A stretch of 64,000 nucleotides of DNA from Calditrichia bacterium (GTDB taxonomy: Bacteria; Calditrichota; Calditrichia; RBG-13-44-9; J075), in contig JBOEGD010000001.1 of the NCBI GenBank assembly GCA_050633245.1, forward strand, positions 224,001 to 288,000, read 5' to 3'. The notes beneath the pieces are model-generated. The model searched no databases, was not told the origin of the DNA, and saw only the letters and a list, made by a program, of their open reading frames with translations. The position numbers and the translations under genes were made by a program. Numbering within the stretch: the first letter of the stretch is position 1; every line of letters begins with the position of its first letter. Shown here one piece after another: positions 38,221 through 48,048 of the stretch.

Positions 38221-39789
38221 ATGAAACTATCAATTCTACTCGCGGCAATTCTATTTCTCTTCTCAGGAGGGATGGCACAAACATTTGAAAACCATATTGC
38301 ATCCCGCGTTCTGTATTTTGATCAAAATGGTTTAACTAGTCAGGAAGCAGCCCAGACGCATGTTGCCGTTCCTGCTTCTGTATTCTCTTATACCTCGGAG
38401 GGGGTAGTCTCATATGGAGGTTCTTTTTATCAGACGTATAATGCTCAGTATGATGCTCCTTCAGATATTTATGTGATCAAGAGTTCAGATGGAATTAACT
38501 GGTCATCTCCGGTTGAGGCGAGCGATGATATTGCAATGACATCCCAATTTTGGCCGTCTATGGCAGTTTACGGAGATCCGGTAAATCCCAGGATATTGGT
38601 TGTCTGGAATGACCAGAGAGACGGAACAAATTTGTCACAGGTGCGGATCGCAACCAGTTCAGATGGAGGGCAGACGTTTTCACCTTCTATCGCAATTAGT
38701 GCACATTCGAATGCTGTAATTACGTTTGCCGACTGTGACGCTGATGATAATGGAAACCTCTATGTGGTATGGGGATATCAGACCCTCTCAAACTTTTTGA
38801 ATGAAACCTGGTTTAGCAAGAGCACAGATAATGGAGCAACCTGGGATGTACCCAAACAGATCTATTCTGAACGGCAATATTCGTATCCTCCGGCAATTTC
38901 TGCGAGAGGAAATGGAGAGCTCTTTGTGACGGTTGTCGCCGATCAGTTTTTTAAAACCAATCTTGTTGCTCTGCATAGTACTGATGGTGGAGCAAACTTT
39001 GCTACTCGTCCACAAATCACCAATTATGACGGTTCAAACGGTAATGAAGGGCCCTATCGAACCTACTCTATGATTGAAGACGGGGCGAACCTGCACATAC
39101 TCTACCCTTTTATCACTAACGGTGAGTTAGTCAGTTTTGGATATAGTCAATCGACCGATTTTGGATTCAGTTGGTCTAATCCGGGTATTGCATTGGATAC
39201 TACCCTGCTAAGCTACCAAAATACTGTAAATCTTCGGAACTCCGTAGATATTGCGATTTCCGATCAGGGCATTTTATATGCGGTTCGTGCGGATTTACAT
39301 CAGGATCCTGCTCAGCTAAATTACGATGTGTATCTCTCCCGTTCGGCTGATGATGGACAAACCTGGGAAGAAATAATGATAGTAAATGAAATGCCGGACA
39401 TTGAGGAACAGGCCTATGCGCAGCTTTCAGTAAAGTCTTCCGGAACATTGGATACGGTATTGGTGACTTGGCTAGAGCAGCGGGTTGTAAGCGGTATTGA
39501 AGATGAACTCTCGGGACTTGCGGACAATTTTAAGCTTAAGCAGAACTATCCGAATCCGTTTAATCCGTCAACAACTATTGCCTACTCACTTAATCGTGCT
39601 GCCAGCGTCTCAATTGCAGTTTATGATAACTCCGGCAGACGTGTTGCCAATCTTGAACAGGGGATGCAGCCAGCCGGTTCCTATACTACACCTTTCGTGG
39701 CTGAGGAACTCGCCAGCGGCGTGTACCACTACAGTCTTGAAATTGATGGTGTTTCCGTGCAGTCATGCAAAATGGTTTTGATAAAATAG
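38221..39789 (+). CDS. Secreted BNR/Asp-box (sialidase-like propeller) protein with C-terminal sorting domain
   Basis: Multiple S.D.G.TW/F Asp-boxes; QNYPNPFNPSTTI. Confidence 0.85.
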   Translation: MKLSILLAAILFLFSGGMAQTFENHIASRVLYFDQNGLTSQEAAQTHVAVPASVFSYTSEGVVSYGGSFYQTYNAQYDAPSDIYVIKSSDGINWSSPVEASDDIAMTSQFWPSMAVYGDPVNPRILVVWNDQRDGTNLSQVRIATSSDGGQTFSPSIAISAHSNAVITFADCDADDNGNLYVVWGYQTLSNFLNETWFSKSTDNGATWDVPKQIYSERQYSYPPAISARGNGELFVTVVADQFFKTNLVALHSTDGGANFATRPQITNYDGSNGNEGPYRTYSMIEDGANLHILYPFITNGELVSFGYSQSTDFGFSWSNPGIALDTTLLSYQNTVNLRNSVDIAISDQGILYAVRADLHQDPAQLNYDVYLSRSADDGQTWEEIMIVNEMPDIEEQAYAQLSVKSSGTLDTVLVTWLEQRVVSGIEDELSGLADNFKLKQNYPNPFNPSTTIAYSLNRAASVSIAVYDNSGRRVANLEQGMQPAGSYTTPFVAEELASGVYHYSLEIDGVSVQSCKMVLIK

Positions 39790-39808
39790 ACCGGCTATGC
39801 TTAGAGAT

Positions 39809-40026
39809 CGCCCTCCTTCGTCAGGCTGATATGGGGTAGAGCGCTCACTTTGTTCGCTGGTAGTCCACCCTCCTTCGTCGGGCTGGTAGGGAGTCGTACA
39901 TTCCTCGTTCCCCGGAACTTGTAGTAACTACCCCCTTACCAGCTTAAGCCGTAGGCTGAAGCGTCCTACCCCCAACCAGTCCCGAGAATCGGGACGTCCC
40001 ACCCCCTACAGCCGCAGAGCCGCGAC
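39809..40026. repeat. Modular intergenic repeat cluster (REP/BIME-like)
   Basis: CCCTCCTTCGTC(A/G)GGCTG x2; three C-rich '..ACCAG/ACAG + mini-hairpin' modules facing three inverted ones. Confidence 0.6.
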
Positions 40027-40032
40027 CTTTCA

Positions 40033-41643
40033 TTACAGGTGTTTATAAGCAGGCAACGTCAGAAAGTCAATAAAGCTTTTGTCGCTCACCAGATCGTCGA
40101 GAATAGAGGCGGCGAGAGCGAACTTACCCTTGCCGTAGAGGGCATCTCCCCACATCGCCTTAATTTTGGCCTGTTCTTCCGGAACCATTGAGCGAAATAG
40201 TTCGAGCGTTACTTCCCGACCATCATCGAGAATGCCATTCGGGCTATAAACCCAGTTCCAGATTTGTGCTCTCGATATTTCTGCAGTGGCAGCATCCTCC
40301 ATCAGATTGTAAATTCCAGCGGCACCAACACCGCGCAGCCAGGATTCGATATATTGTATGGCAACGTTAATATTGTGTCGCAATCCATTCTCGGTAATTT
40401 TTCCACCCGGAATAGTGAAATTCATTAAGTCTGCCGCCGAAACGTTGACGTCCTCGCGCATCACATCTTTTTGATGCGGGCGTTCGCCCAGGACGCGCTT
40501 CATTTCCTCACGAGCAACAGCAACCAGATCCGGATGTGCAACCCATGTTCCTTCGAAGCCATCGTTTGCTTCACGAACTTTATCGGCACGAACTTTCTCG
40601 AAAGCTACGCGATTTACCTCTTCGTCTCTGCGGCTGGGAATAAAGGCTGCCATACCGCCAATGGCATGCGCACCACGCTTGTGGCAGGTTTGCACCAGCA
40701 AATCGGTATATGCGCGCATAAACGGCGCCTGCATGGTTACCTGGCCCCGGTCCGGAATCAGAAAGCCCGGCTGATTGCGGAATTTCTTGATGACGCTGAA
40801 GATATAATCCCAGCGTCCGGCATTGATGCCGGCAATATGATCCTTCAATTCATATAGCAATTCTTCGATCTCAAATGAAAGCAAGATGTTTTCAAGTAAA
40901 ACCGTTACCTTAATGCTGCCGCGGTTAATGCCCATTTCATCCTGCGCCAGATTAAATACGTCATTCCAAAGCCGCCCTTCCAGATGACTTTCCAGCTTCG
41001 GCAGATAAAAGTAAGGCCCGCTGCCTTTTCCAAGCAGTGTTTTAGCATTATGAAAGAAATACAGACCAAAATCCATTAGTGAACCGGAAATCGGCTCGCC
41101 ATCAATAGTAATGTGTTTATCGTATAGATGCCAGCCGCGCGGTCGCACCAGAAGCAGCGAGATGTTCTCATTTAAGGCATACTCTTTGCCTTTGGCATTG
41201 GTAAACGAGATGGTGCCGTTAATCGCGTCGCGTAAGTTGATTTGTCCGGATACCTGATTCTCCCAGGTCGGTGAGTTGGCGTCTTCAAAGTCTGCCATAA
41301 AGACGTCCGCACCGGAATTCAGCGCGTTAATAACCATTTTGCGATCAACCGGGCCGGTAATTTCCACCGTGCGTCTTTGCAGGTCTTCTGGAATGGGTGC
41401 AACTTGCCAGCTGGCGTCTTCCCGGATATGGGAAGTTGCAGCAAGAAAATCGGGTAACTCACCGGCATCGATACGCGTTTGGCGATCTGCGCGTGCCTGC
41501 AAAAGTTCTTTGCGCTTTGGGTTGAAGTTGCGATGGAGTTTGGCAATAAAGCTAAGTGCGTCAGGTGTAAGGATTTCTTCAAATGCTTGATGTATGGTGC
41601 CGTGAATCTCGACGCCAGAAGGTGTATTGATCGACTTGCTCAT
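40033..41643 (-). CDS. aceB: Malate synthase A
   Basis: [52 protein letters not shown]. Confidence 0.97.
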   Translation of the reverse strand: MSKSINTPSGVEIHGTIHQAFEEILTPDALSFIAKLHRNFNPKRKELLQARADRQTRIDAGELPDFLAATSHIREDASWQVAPIPEDLQRRTVEITGPVDRKMVINALNSGADVFMADFEDANSPTWENQVSGQINLRDAINGTISFTNAKGKEYALNENISLLLVRPRGWHLYDKHITIDGEPISGSLMDFGLYFFHNAKTLLGKGSGPYFYLPKLESHLEGRLWNDVFNLAQDEMGINRGSIKVTVLLENILLSFEIEELLYELKDHIAGINAGRWDYIFSVIKKFRNQPGFLIPDRGQVTMQAPFMRAYTDLLVQTCHKRGAHAIGGMAAFIPSRRDEEVNRVAFEKVRADKVREANDGFEGTWVAHPDLVAVAREEMKRVLGERPHQKDVMREDVNVSAADLMNFTIPGGKITENGLRHNINVAIQYIESWLRGVGAAGIYNLMEDAATAEISRAQIWNWVYSPNGILDDGREVTLELFRSMVPEEQAKIKAMWGDALYGKGKFALAASILDDLVSDKSFIDFLTLPAYKHL

Positions 41644-41880
41644 GGAAGACCTCTTTGGTTTTGGCGATGGTTCTATATACTATATCCGGCATAATTATCG
41701 CAAAAATCGAATATAGGAATTTTTTCACAAGGTTTGTAGTGTTTTTCAGCACTTTTGCCGGAGAATTCTGATCTAAAAAGCCACAGTTTGTTCTATATTA
41801 GAAAGAGGTTTTATTTTCTCCTCATATCCGATATGTTATTGTAAACCTCCCTTAAATAAACTTAACATTATGGAACTTCA

Positions 41881-42246
41881 ATGGAGAAGTTGGTTCATCG
41901 AATATCCTTGATTTGTCTTTTGCTATCTCTGACTGGCATTTTCTCTTCAGCTATGGCACAACCCTCGGAATATGTGGGTTTCCTGAAAAATACTTCAGGA
42001 AAAACTATATATCTTTCACTGGATGGGGATCAGGGGCTGGTCGATTTTATCGATATGTTCGAGTCTAGCAAGCAAATGTTGGCCCTGGAAACGCTTGTTC
42101 TATATAATATATCACGTTCCAATAAGCACAATACCCTTCTCTATAAAATATTAAGATCTCAATCCAAAAGTATACGAGAGCTGCTTATTACCAGAGCAGC
42201 TGATCCGGTTAGTGGATTTTCTTCCAGTAATTTCAGAGCGCGTTAA
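41881..42246 (+). CDS. Hypothetical protein with predicted signal peptide
   Basis: Hydrophobic N-terminus ending AMA-Q; no recognised family. Confidence 0.4.
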   Translation: MEKLVHRISLICLLLSLTGIFSSAMAQPSEYVGFLKNTSGKTIYLSLDGDQGLVDFIDMFESSKQMLALETLVLYNISRSNKHNTLLYKILRSQSKSIRELLITRAADPVSGFSSSNFRAR

Positions 42247-42654
42247 AGAGTGTTGCACTCTCTGGCGTTAATCTTACTGAAACTGAATTGTTCAATTTAA
42301 TTCGCGACTTTCCAAATTTACACTTTAGTGTCTCTTTATATAAGAATAAAAATCGATGCAGAGCATTCATTAAGCCGGATGCTGCTTATTGGCCTCAAAA
42401 GGATGCTAAATAGTCCAGTAGCTGCGGCTCTACAACAATTGCATTCCTCACCTCACTTCACTACATTTATAAATAACGGCAATCTATTGAGATTTTATCT
42501 GCAAAAATGCGCTCCTTTTAATAAATATCAGTTTGTGACCGCTGCAAATGCTTTGCACGGTTACATTAATTATACTGATGAAAAACACCCCGATTTTATT
42601 TTCACCCTCAAAAGATTATGAGGGTAAACCTGTTCATTATTGGAGGATATGTTT

Positions 42655-44445
42655 ATGAAGGTATGGCAGAAATGGATCTCCCTGCTTTTTTGTGTTTTCC
42701 TGGTAACCTTACCGCTGGTTGCTCAGGATGGAGAAGCAGATTCCGGAGAAAACCTTTTCCGTGCAGAACCGCATGCAGCTTATGTTGCGGGAGAAGTATT
42801 AGTAAAGTATAAGGCAAACGCTGATTTGTCCGCTATGGGTGCTCATTTGCAGTCATTGGGCATTCAGTCTGTAAAATCATATTCTACGATTCGCGTAGAC
42901 CGCTGTTCTCTGGGTGATGACATGAGTGTTGAAGATGCACTAAATCAGCTCGCTGAGCATCCCAGCATTGAATACTGCGAACCAAACTATCTCTACAGCA
43001 TTTATGATGGTGCCGTGCCAAACGATCCCAGCTACGGATCTCAGTGGGCATTAAACAACACCGGGCAAACTGGTGGAACAGCAGATGCCGATATCGATGC
43101 ACCAGAGGCATGGAACATGACGACTGGAAGCGGTTCAATAGTTGTCGGCGTTATCGATACCGGTGTAGATGACACACATCCTGATTTGGCCGATAACATG
43201 TGGCGCAATCCCGGTGAGAGTGGTGGCGGTAAAGAAAGCAATGGCGTCGATGATGACGGTAATGGATTTGTAGATGATTATCGCGGTTGGGATTTTGCCA
43301 ATAATGATAACAATCCTTTTGACGACAATGCTCACGGAACGCACTGTGCGGGTATTCTTGGCGCTGTTGGGAATAACTCTCGCGGTATCTCGGGCGCAAA
43401 CTGGTCTGTGAAAATTGTTGGGCTTAAGTTTTTGACCGGGTCGGGCTCAGGAAGCACTGCCGGAGCAATTGAGGCGATTCTTTATGGGGCCCAGATGGGT
43501 TTTCCTATCTTGAGCAACAGCTGGGGTGGCGGCGGTCGCTCACAGGCACTTGCAGATGCGATTGAGACAGCCAGCCAGGCCGGTGTCCTTTTTGTTGCTG
43601 CCGCGGGAAACTCCAGTAGCAATAACGATCGTTCCGATAATTACCCGTCTAACTACACCTCGGAAAACGTTTTGGCTGTCGCTGCTTCCGATCATCGTGA
43701 TCAGCTTTCCAGTTTTTCCAGCTTTGGCCTGACCACAGTTGATCTGGCTGCACCCGGAACAAATATTCTCAGTACCACACCCAGTAATAACTATCAATCG
43801 TTTAGTGGAACCTCGATGGCCACGCCTTACGTCTCCGGTGTTGCTGCCTTGGCCATGGCGCAATTCCCGGGTATTTCGATGACCAACCTGAAATATCGCC
43901 TAATGGGCTCAACAGATGCCAAGGCTGCGTTCACAAACGTTACGGTAACTGGTGGAAGATTAAATGCGCAGAAGGCGCTTGGCACCAGTCCGATGATAGT
44001 CGTTGAACCGCGAGGCAACACAACCGATACCAATACCGCCTATACCGTTAACGCCTTTGCCACAGATGACGGTCCAATTAATTCTGTTACGCTGGAATAC
44101 ACGCTGAGCGGGACCAATACCGGTGGCGATGTGATTGCGATGACGGGCAACGGTAAGTATACGGCAACAATTCCTGCGCAGCCGCTGAATACCACTATCA
44201 CCTACTTTGCCAAAGCAACTGACGCAAGCGGTGCCACGGTGCAGAGCCTGACGCGTTCGTTTATGGTCTCGCTTACCGACGATGGTGGTGGCGGAGGCGG
44301 AGGTGGCATTCCATGTGGCTGTGGTGCCTTTGCTCTGAGTATCGATACCGGAAACACAACAATGGATTCAATGGCAACATTGTCTCTCAATATTCTATTG
44401 GTTGGATTAATTCTGTTGTTTTTTGTTCGTCGTCGCAGAGAATAA
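42655..44445 (+). CDS. S8 serine peptidase with Gly/Cys-rich C-terminal membrane sorting signal
   Basis: VIDTGVD, HGTHCAG, SGTSMATP; tail GGGGGGGIPCGCG...TM-RRRRE; GGAGG RBS. Confidence 0.92.
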   Translation: MKVWQKWISLLFCVFLVTLPLVAQDGEADSGENLFRAEPHAAYVAGEVLVKYKANADLSAMGAHLQSLGIQSVKSYSTIRVDRCSLGDDMSVEDALNQLAEHPSIEYCEPNYLYSIYDGAVPNDPSYGSQWALNNTGQTGGTADADIDAPEAWNMTTGSGSIVVGVIDTGVDDTHPDLADNMWRNPGESGGGKESNGVDDDGNGFVDDYRGWDFANNDNNPFDDNAHGTHCAGILGAVGNNSRGISGANWSVKIVGLKFLTGSGSGSTAGAIEAILYGAQMGFPILSNSWGGGGRSQALADAIETASQAGVLFVAAAGNSSSNNDRSDNYPSNYTSENVLAVAASDHRDQLSSFSSFGLTTVDLAAPGTNILSTTPSNNYQSFSGTSMATPYVSGVAALAMAQFPGISMTNLKYRLMGSTDAKAAFTNVTVTGGRLNAQKALGTSPMIVVEPRGNTTDTNTAYTVNAFATDDGPINSVTLEYTLSGTNTGGDVIAMTGNGKYTATIPAQPLNTTITYFAKATDASGATVQSLTRSFMVSLTDDGGGGGGGGIPCGCGAFALSIDTGNTTMDSMATLSLNILLVGLILLFFVRRRRE

Positions 44446-44464
44446 ATAACGGTGAGGTAAAGAG

Positions 44465-44890
44465 ATGAAACGCTTTTCATCCAGACTATCCGGGCGCGCA
44501 ATACTTTTACTTATGGCGCTGCTGTTTGGTGCACAGGATTGCGATGCGCTGTTGGAAGAAAAAGTCGAGGCACCGCCACTGCCGGCAAACATGATTGAAG
44601 GTGAGATGCCTGTATTAAGCGTCGATTCGGTTTTTGCCGCTGGTGAGGAAACGATGGTGACCCTTACTGTGCAGAGTCCCGATCCCTGCTGGAGCTATCA
44701 TCGTTACGACGCTAAGCGCGATGGCCGCACGCTTCTGGTGAAAATTTTTGGCAAGCGCGAGAAAGACGCAATGTGCGCTCAAATGATCAGCTCATTTCAG
44801 GCAACCCTCGGGATGCCTGTGGAAGAAGCACGCATCAAGTTCTGGCAATCTGCCGAGGCAACCCTCGATACAACAATCCGCGTTCAGTAA
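44465..44890 (+). CDS. Hypothetical exported protein (possible lipoprotein), beta-sandwich with Cys pair
   Basis: Signal peptide ending GAQDC; PDPCW...MCAQMI; likely co-transcribed with the protease. Confidence 0.65.
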   Translation: MKRFSSRLSGRAILLLMALLFGAQDCDALLEEKVEAPPLPANMIEGEMPVLSVDSVFAAGEETMVTLTVQSPDPCWSYHRYDAKRDGRTLLVKIFGKREKDAMCAQMISSFQATLGMPVEEARIKFWQSAEATLDTTIRVQ

Positions 44891-44900
44891 TGACCTTCTT

Positions 44901-44929
44901 AAAAGCCGGCAACATTGTTGCCGGCTTTT
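44901..44929 (+). terminator. Intrinsic terminator
   Basis: AAAAGCCGGCAACA-T-TGTTGCCGGCTTTT. Confidence 0.8.
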
Positions 44930-45041
44930 GTTTCTCCTGCACTACAAAAATATTATCCACCTATTTTGTTTGAAATCGCACCAATTTTCCCTTATCTTCC
45001 TTCCTTACACCATTCGAATAGAAACTAAGGACATCTGATAG

Positions 45042-46475
45042 ATGAATATCAATCTTACGAGTAGAAATGCCAAGATTGTTTGTACGCTTGGCCCCAGCAG
45101 CCGTAGTTATGACATGGTGCGATCTCTTGCCCTTGCAGGTATGAATGTCGCACGTGTAAACTTTTCTCATGGAACGCATAAGCAGCATAAGGAACTTATT
45201 GAGACTGTTCGAAAAGTATCACGCGACATCGATCGTCCCATTGCCGTTTTGCAGGATCTTCAGGGCCCGAAAATTCGCGTCGGAAAATTTGCTGATGATG
45301 AGATTGAACTTGTGCAGGATAAAACGTTTACCTTAACGGTTCGCGAGGTAGAGGGAAACAGTGAACGCGTTTCTGTATCTCACAAAGCCTTTAATCGCGA
45401 TGTAAAGGAAGGCGATCCGGTGCTGCTTGATGATGGCCGCTTAAAGCTTCTGGTTCGTCGAATCGATGGTCCGGATGTACACTGCGAAGTTATTTACGGT
45501 GGAACGCTAAGCAACCATAAAGGCATTAATTTGCCGGGCTCTATTTTGTCCATTCCCTGCTTAACCCCGAAAGATGAGCTGGATCTGGAGTTTGGCCTCG
45601 ATAATGATGTCGATTATATCGCTCTGTCTTTTGTGCAGAAGCCGGAAGATATTGATGAGATAAAAGAACGGATTGCCTCTCGTGGTAAAGATATACCCGT
45701 TGTTGCGAAGATCGAAAAGCCCCAAGCGGTAGCGGCAATTGACGAGATTGCAGACCGCACCGATGTTATTATGATTGCTCGTGGTGATTTAGGTGTTGAA
45801 ATTCCTACCGAGGAAGTGCCGCATATTCAGAAGGAAATTATTTCGACATGTAACATTAAAGGCGTTCCGGTAATTACTGCTACCCAAATGTTGGATTCGA
45901 TGATTCAAAATCCACGTCCGACACGTGCAGAAGCATCAGACGTTGCCAACGCGATACTCGATGGTTCAGACGCCGTGATGCTCTCCGGTGAAACAGCTAC
46001 CGGAGCTTATCCGCTTGAAGCAGTGCAAACGATGGATCGCATTATCACGCTCATGGAAGCACGCAATTCTCCTCGTTGGGACTTAAAACGTCGCAAGCGC
46101 GGCGTAACGTATACCACTCCTTATGCCATTGGTTATTCGGCATGTCATGCAGCAGATTTAGTCGATGGTGCAGCGATTATTTGTCTGACGCAAACGGGCT
46201 CAACAGCGCGCATGATCGCCCGCTTTCGCCCAGGGAAACCGATAATTGCCCTTACTCCACGAGCGGAAACCTATAATCGAATGGCGTTAATGTGGGGAGT
46301 TTACGCCGTATTTGCCGATGAATTTCAAGATAGTACCTACAAGACGATTGCAAACCTGAAGGAAGAGCTGATTAACGGTGGGAACTTAAATGAAGGCGAC
46401 ACCATTGTTATTACGGCCGGCTTTCCATTCCATCAACGTCCTCATACCAATATGATGCGTATCGAATCTGTTTAG
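45042..46475 (+). CDS. pyk: Pyruvate kinase
   Basis: KIVCTLGP, ARVNFSHG, DLQGPKIR, AKIEKP, MIARGDLGVE, ATQML.SM, MLSGETA. Confidence 0.98.
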   Translation: MNINLTSRNAKIVCTLGPSSRSYDMVRSLALAGMNVARVNFSHGTHKQHKELIETVRKVSRDIDRPIAVLQDLQGPKIRVGKFADDEIELVQDKTFTLTVREVEGNSERVSVSHKAFNRDVKEGDPVLLDDGRLKLLVRRIDGPDVHCEVIYGGTLSNHKGINLPGSILSIPCLTPKDELDLEFGLDNDVDYIALSFVQKPEDIDEIKERIASRGKDIPVVAKIEKPQAVAAIDEIADRTDVIMIARGDLGVEIPTEEVPHIQKEIISTCNIKGVPVITATQMLDSMIQNPRPTRAEASDVANAILDGSDAVMLSGETATGAYPLEAVQTMDRIITLMEARNSPRWDLKRRKRGVTYTTPYAIGYSACHAADLVDGAAIICLTQTGSTARMIARFRPGKPIIALTPRAETYNRMALMWGVYAVFADEFQDSTYKTIANLKEELINGGNLNEGDTIVITAGFPFHQRPHTNMMRIESV

Positions 46476-46643
46476 GTCCATTGGTTGTCTCCGCCCTCCG
46501 AACTTGCTTCGAGAGGGTGGAATGTGTATCTTAATCCGATGCCAATAGGATAGCATATTGTATTGGCTGTAGGGAATGATTTAAGATTTCCTACGCTGTT
46601 TGCCTTCTTCTCAAAAAGACAATCAATCACCTGGAGAACCGGT

Positions 46644-48047
46644 ATGGCGAAGCTCAAGCTTGCGTATATATTCTGTCTATGTACCGCACTGGGAAGTCTT
46701 TGTGAAGATTTGCATGCGCAATCCCGTCCTTTCGATAATTTCAATTTTCGCAATTTTCGCATGTCCTTGGCTGTTCAAACAGCAAGACCGGCATCAATGG
46801 GCGGTGCAGCAATTGCCTCCACCGGAGACCCGGTTACCGGAGTCATAAATCCTGCCAGTCTCACTGCAATAACTCGCCCGGTTTTTACTTCCAGTCATCG
46901 TATGACGATATCACAGATTGAGGAGCCTTCCTACAACTGTAATAATGCCGGGCGACGCACAACTGAAGACGACTTTTTGATAGACCTTTCTCATGCCGCG
47001 AATGTGTATCCATACAAATATTTACGTATGTCGGCTTTTCGCGAGCTTGTTGCTAACGACCGTTACACATTTCGAAGCTATCGTCCCTTTGATACCGGTG
47101 GAACGCCAGAAGCTCTTCTAAGAAGCAATGCTCCGAGCCGCCGTACGAATGCAAGGCTGAGCATTGTTGATAATGGCGGTGCTATAGGTATTCGCATGTC
47201 ACGTAAGATTAGTATCGGGGCGCTCCTGCGAATTACGCGCTTCGACTATGAATTGCAGGAAGGTCGCTTCTTTGCCAGCGAATACCATAATGAGACAGTT
47301 GGCTGTGTGCGAAGTGAGCTGGTTGCAGAAAACTTGTATCTCAATCAAACCATTGATGAACGAGCCTGGGGGCTGGGATTTGGATTGGGTGCAACCTTTC
47401 TAGTAAATGATGAGCTTACCCTTGGTTTGATTTTTCACAACCGCCCTTCTTTTAAGCTGAAATCCAGAATTTATCAACCGCTCTATGAAGTGCGTCAAAT
47501 AAGTGGTCAGGATACCAGCCTTACCGTATTGGGAGCACGTGATGATACGGCTACCGTGGCAAATTTTAACATTCCGGATAACCTTGGTTTAGGTTTTCAC
47601 TATAAAGTTTCCTCATCTTTAAAGGTCGCTGCAGATGTGGTGTTTATCGAATATCGCAACCTAATTAGTGGCGACGCCAATTTGGATTTAGAGCAGGATA
47701 ATTCACCAACCGACCCCGATGGCCTGCCAGATTTGGAACTAAGCTCCGGCATTCATATTAAGGATTGGCAATTGCATTTTCGGGCGGGTATCGAGTTTAT
47801 TTTAAGTCTGCGTGAAAAGCGTTGGCGCATTCCGCTGCGGGTGGGTTATGCCTATGAACCTGCTCATGTCCTTCATGCAGCCAACGAAAATGAGTCCTTG
47901 CGCCAATCATTTCCGCGCGAGCTGACGAAACATCACATTACAGCTGGCAGTGGTTTTTTTCTCGGTAAGCGCTTGCGCTTGGATGGTGCGCTAAATGTTG
48001 CACGAAATTTTGTTGAGCTTTCCTCTTCAGCGGTATTCATCCTCTAG
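46644..48047 (+). CDS. Outer-membrane beta-barrel, OmpP1/FadL/TodX (PorV-related) family
   Basis: Signal peptide; ARPASMGGA.IA..GD......NPA.L signature; alternating amphipathic strands. Confidence 0.8.
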   Translation: MAKLKLAYIFCLCTALGSLCEDLHAQSRPFDNFNFRNFRMSLAVQTARPASMGGAAIASTGDPVTGVINPASLTAITRPVFTSSHRMTISQIEEPSYNCNNAGRRTTEDDFLIDLSHAANVYPYKYLRMSAFRELVANDRYTFRSYRPFDTGGTPEALLRSNAPSRRTNARLSIVDNGGAIGIRMSRKISIGALLRITRFDYELQEGRFFASEYHNETVGCVRSELVAENLYLNQTIDERAWGLGFGLGATFLVNDELTLGLIFHNRPSFKLKSRIYQPLYEVRQISGQDTSLTVLGARDDTATVANFNIPDNLGLGFHYKVSSSLKVAADVVFIEYRNLISGDANLDLEQDNSPTDPDGLPDLELSSGIHIKDWQLHFRAGIEFILSLREKRWRIPLRVGYAYEPAHVLHAANENESLRQSFPRELTKHHITAGSGFFLGKRLRLDGALNVARNFVELSSSAVFIL

Positions 48048-48048
48048 T

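Noticed and set aside
40033-41643. Complete glyoxylate-shunt operon
   Set aside because: No isocitrate lyase in the window; only aceB can be supported
42328-42621. 97-aa ORF upstream of the S8 protease
   Set aside because: AT-rich promoter-like region, GTG start without RBS, no recognisable features
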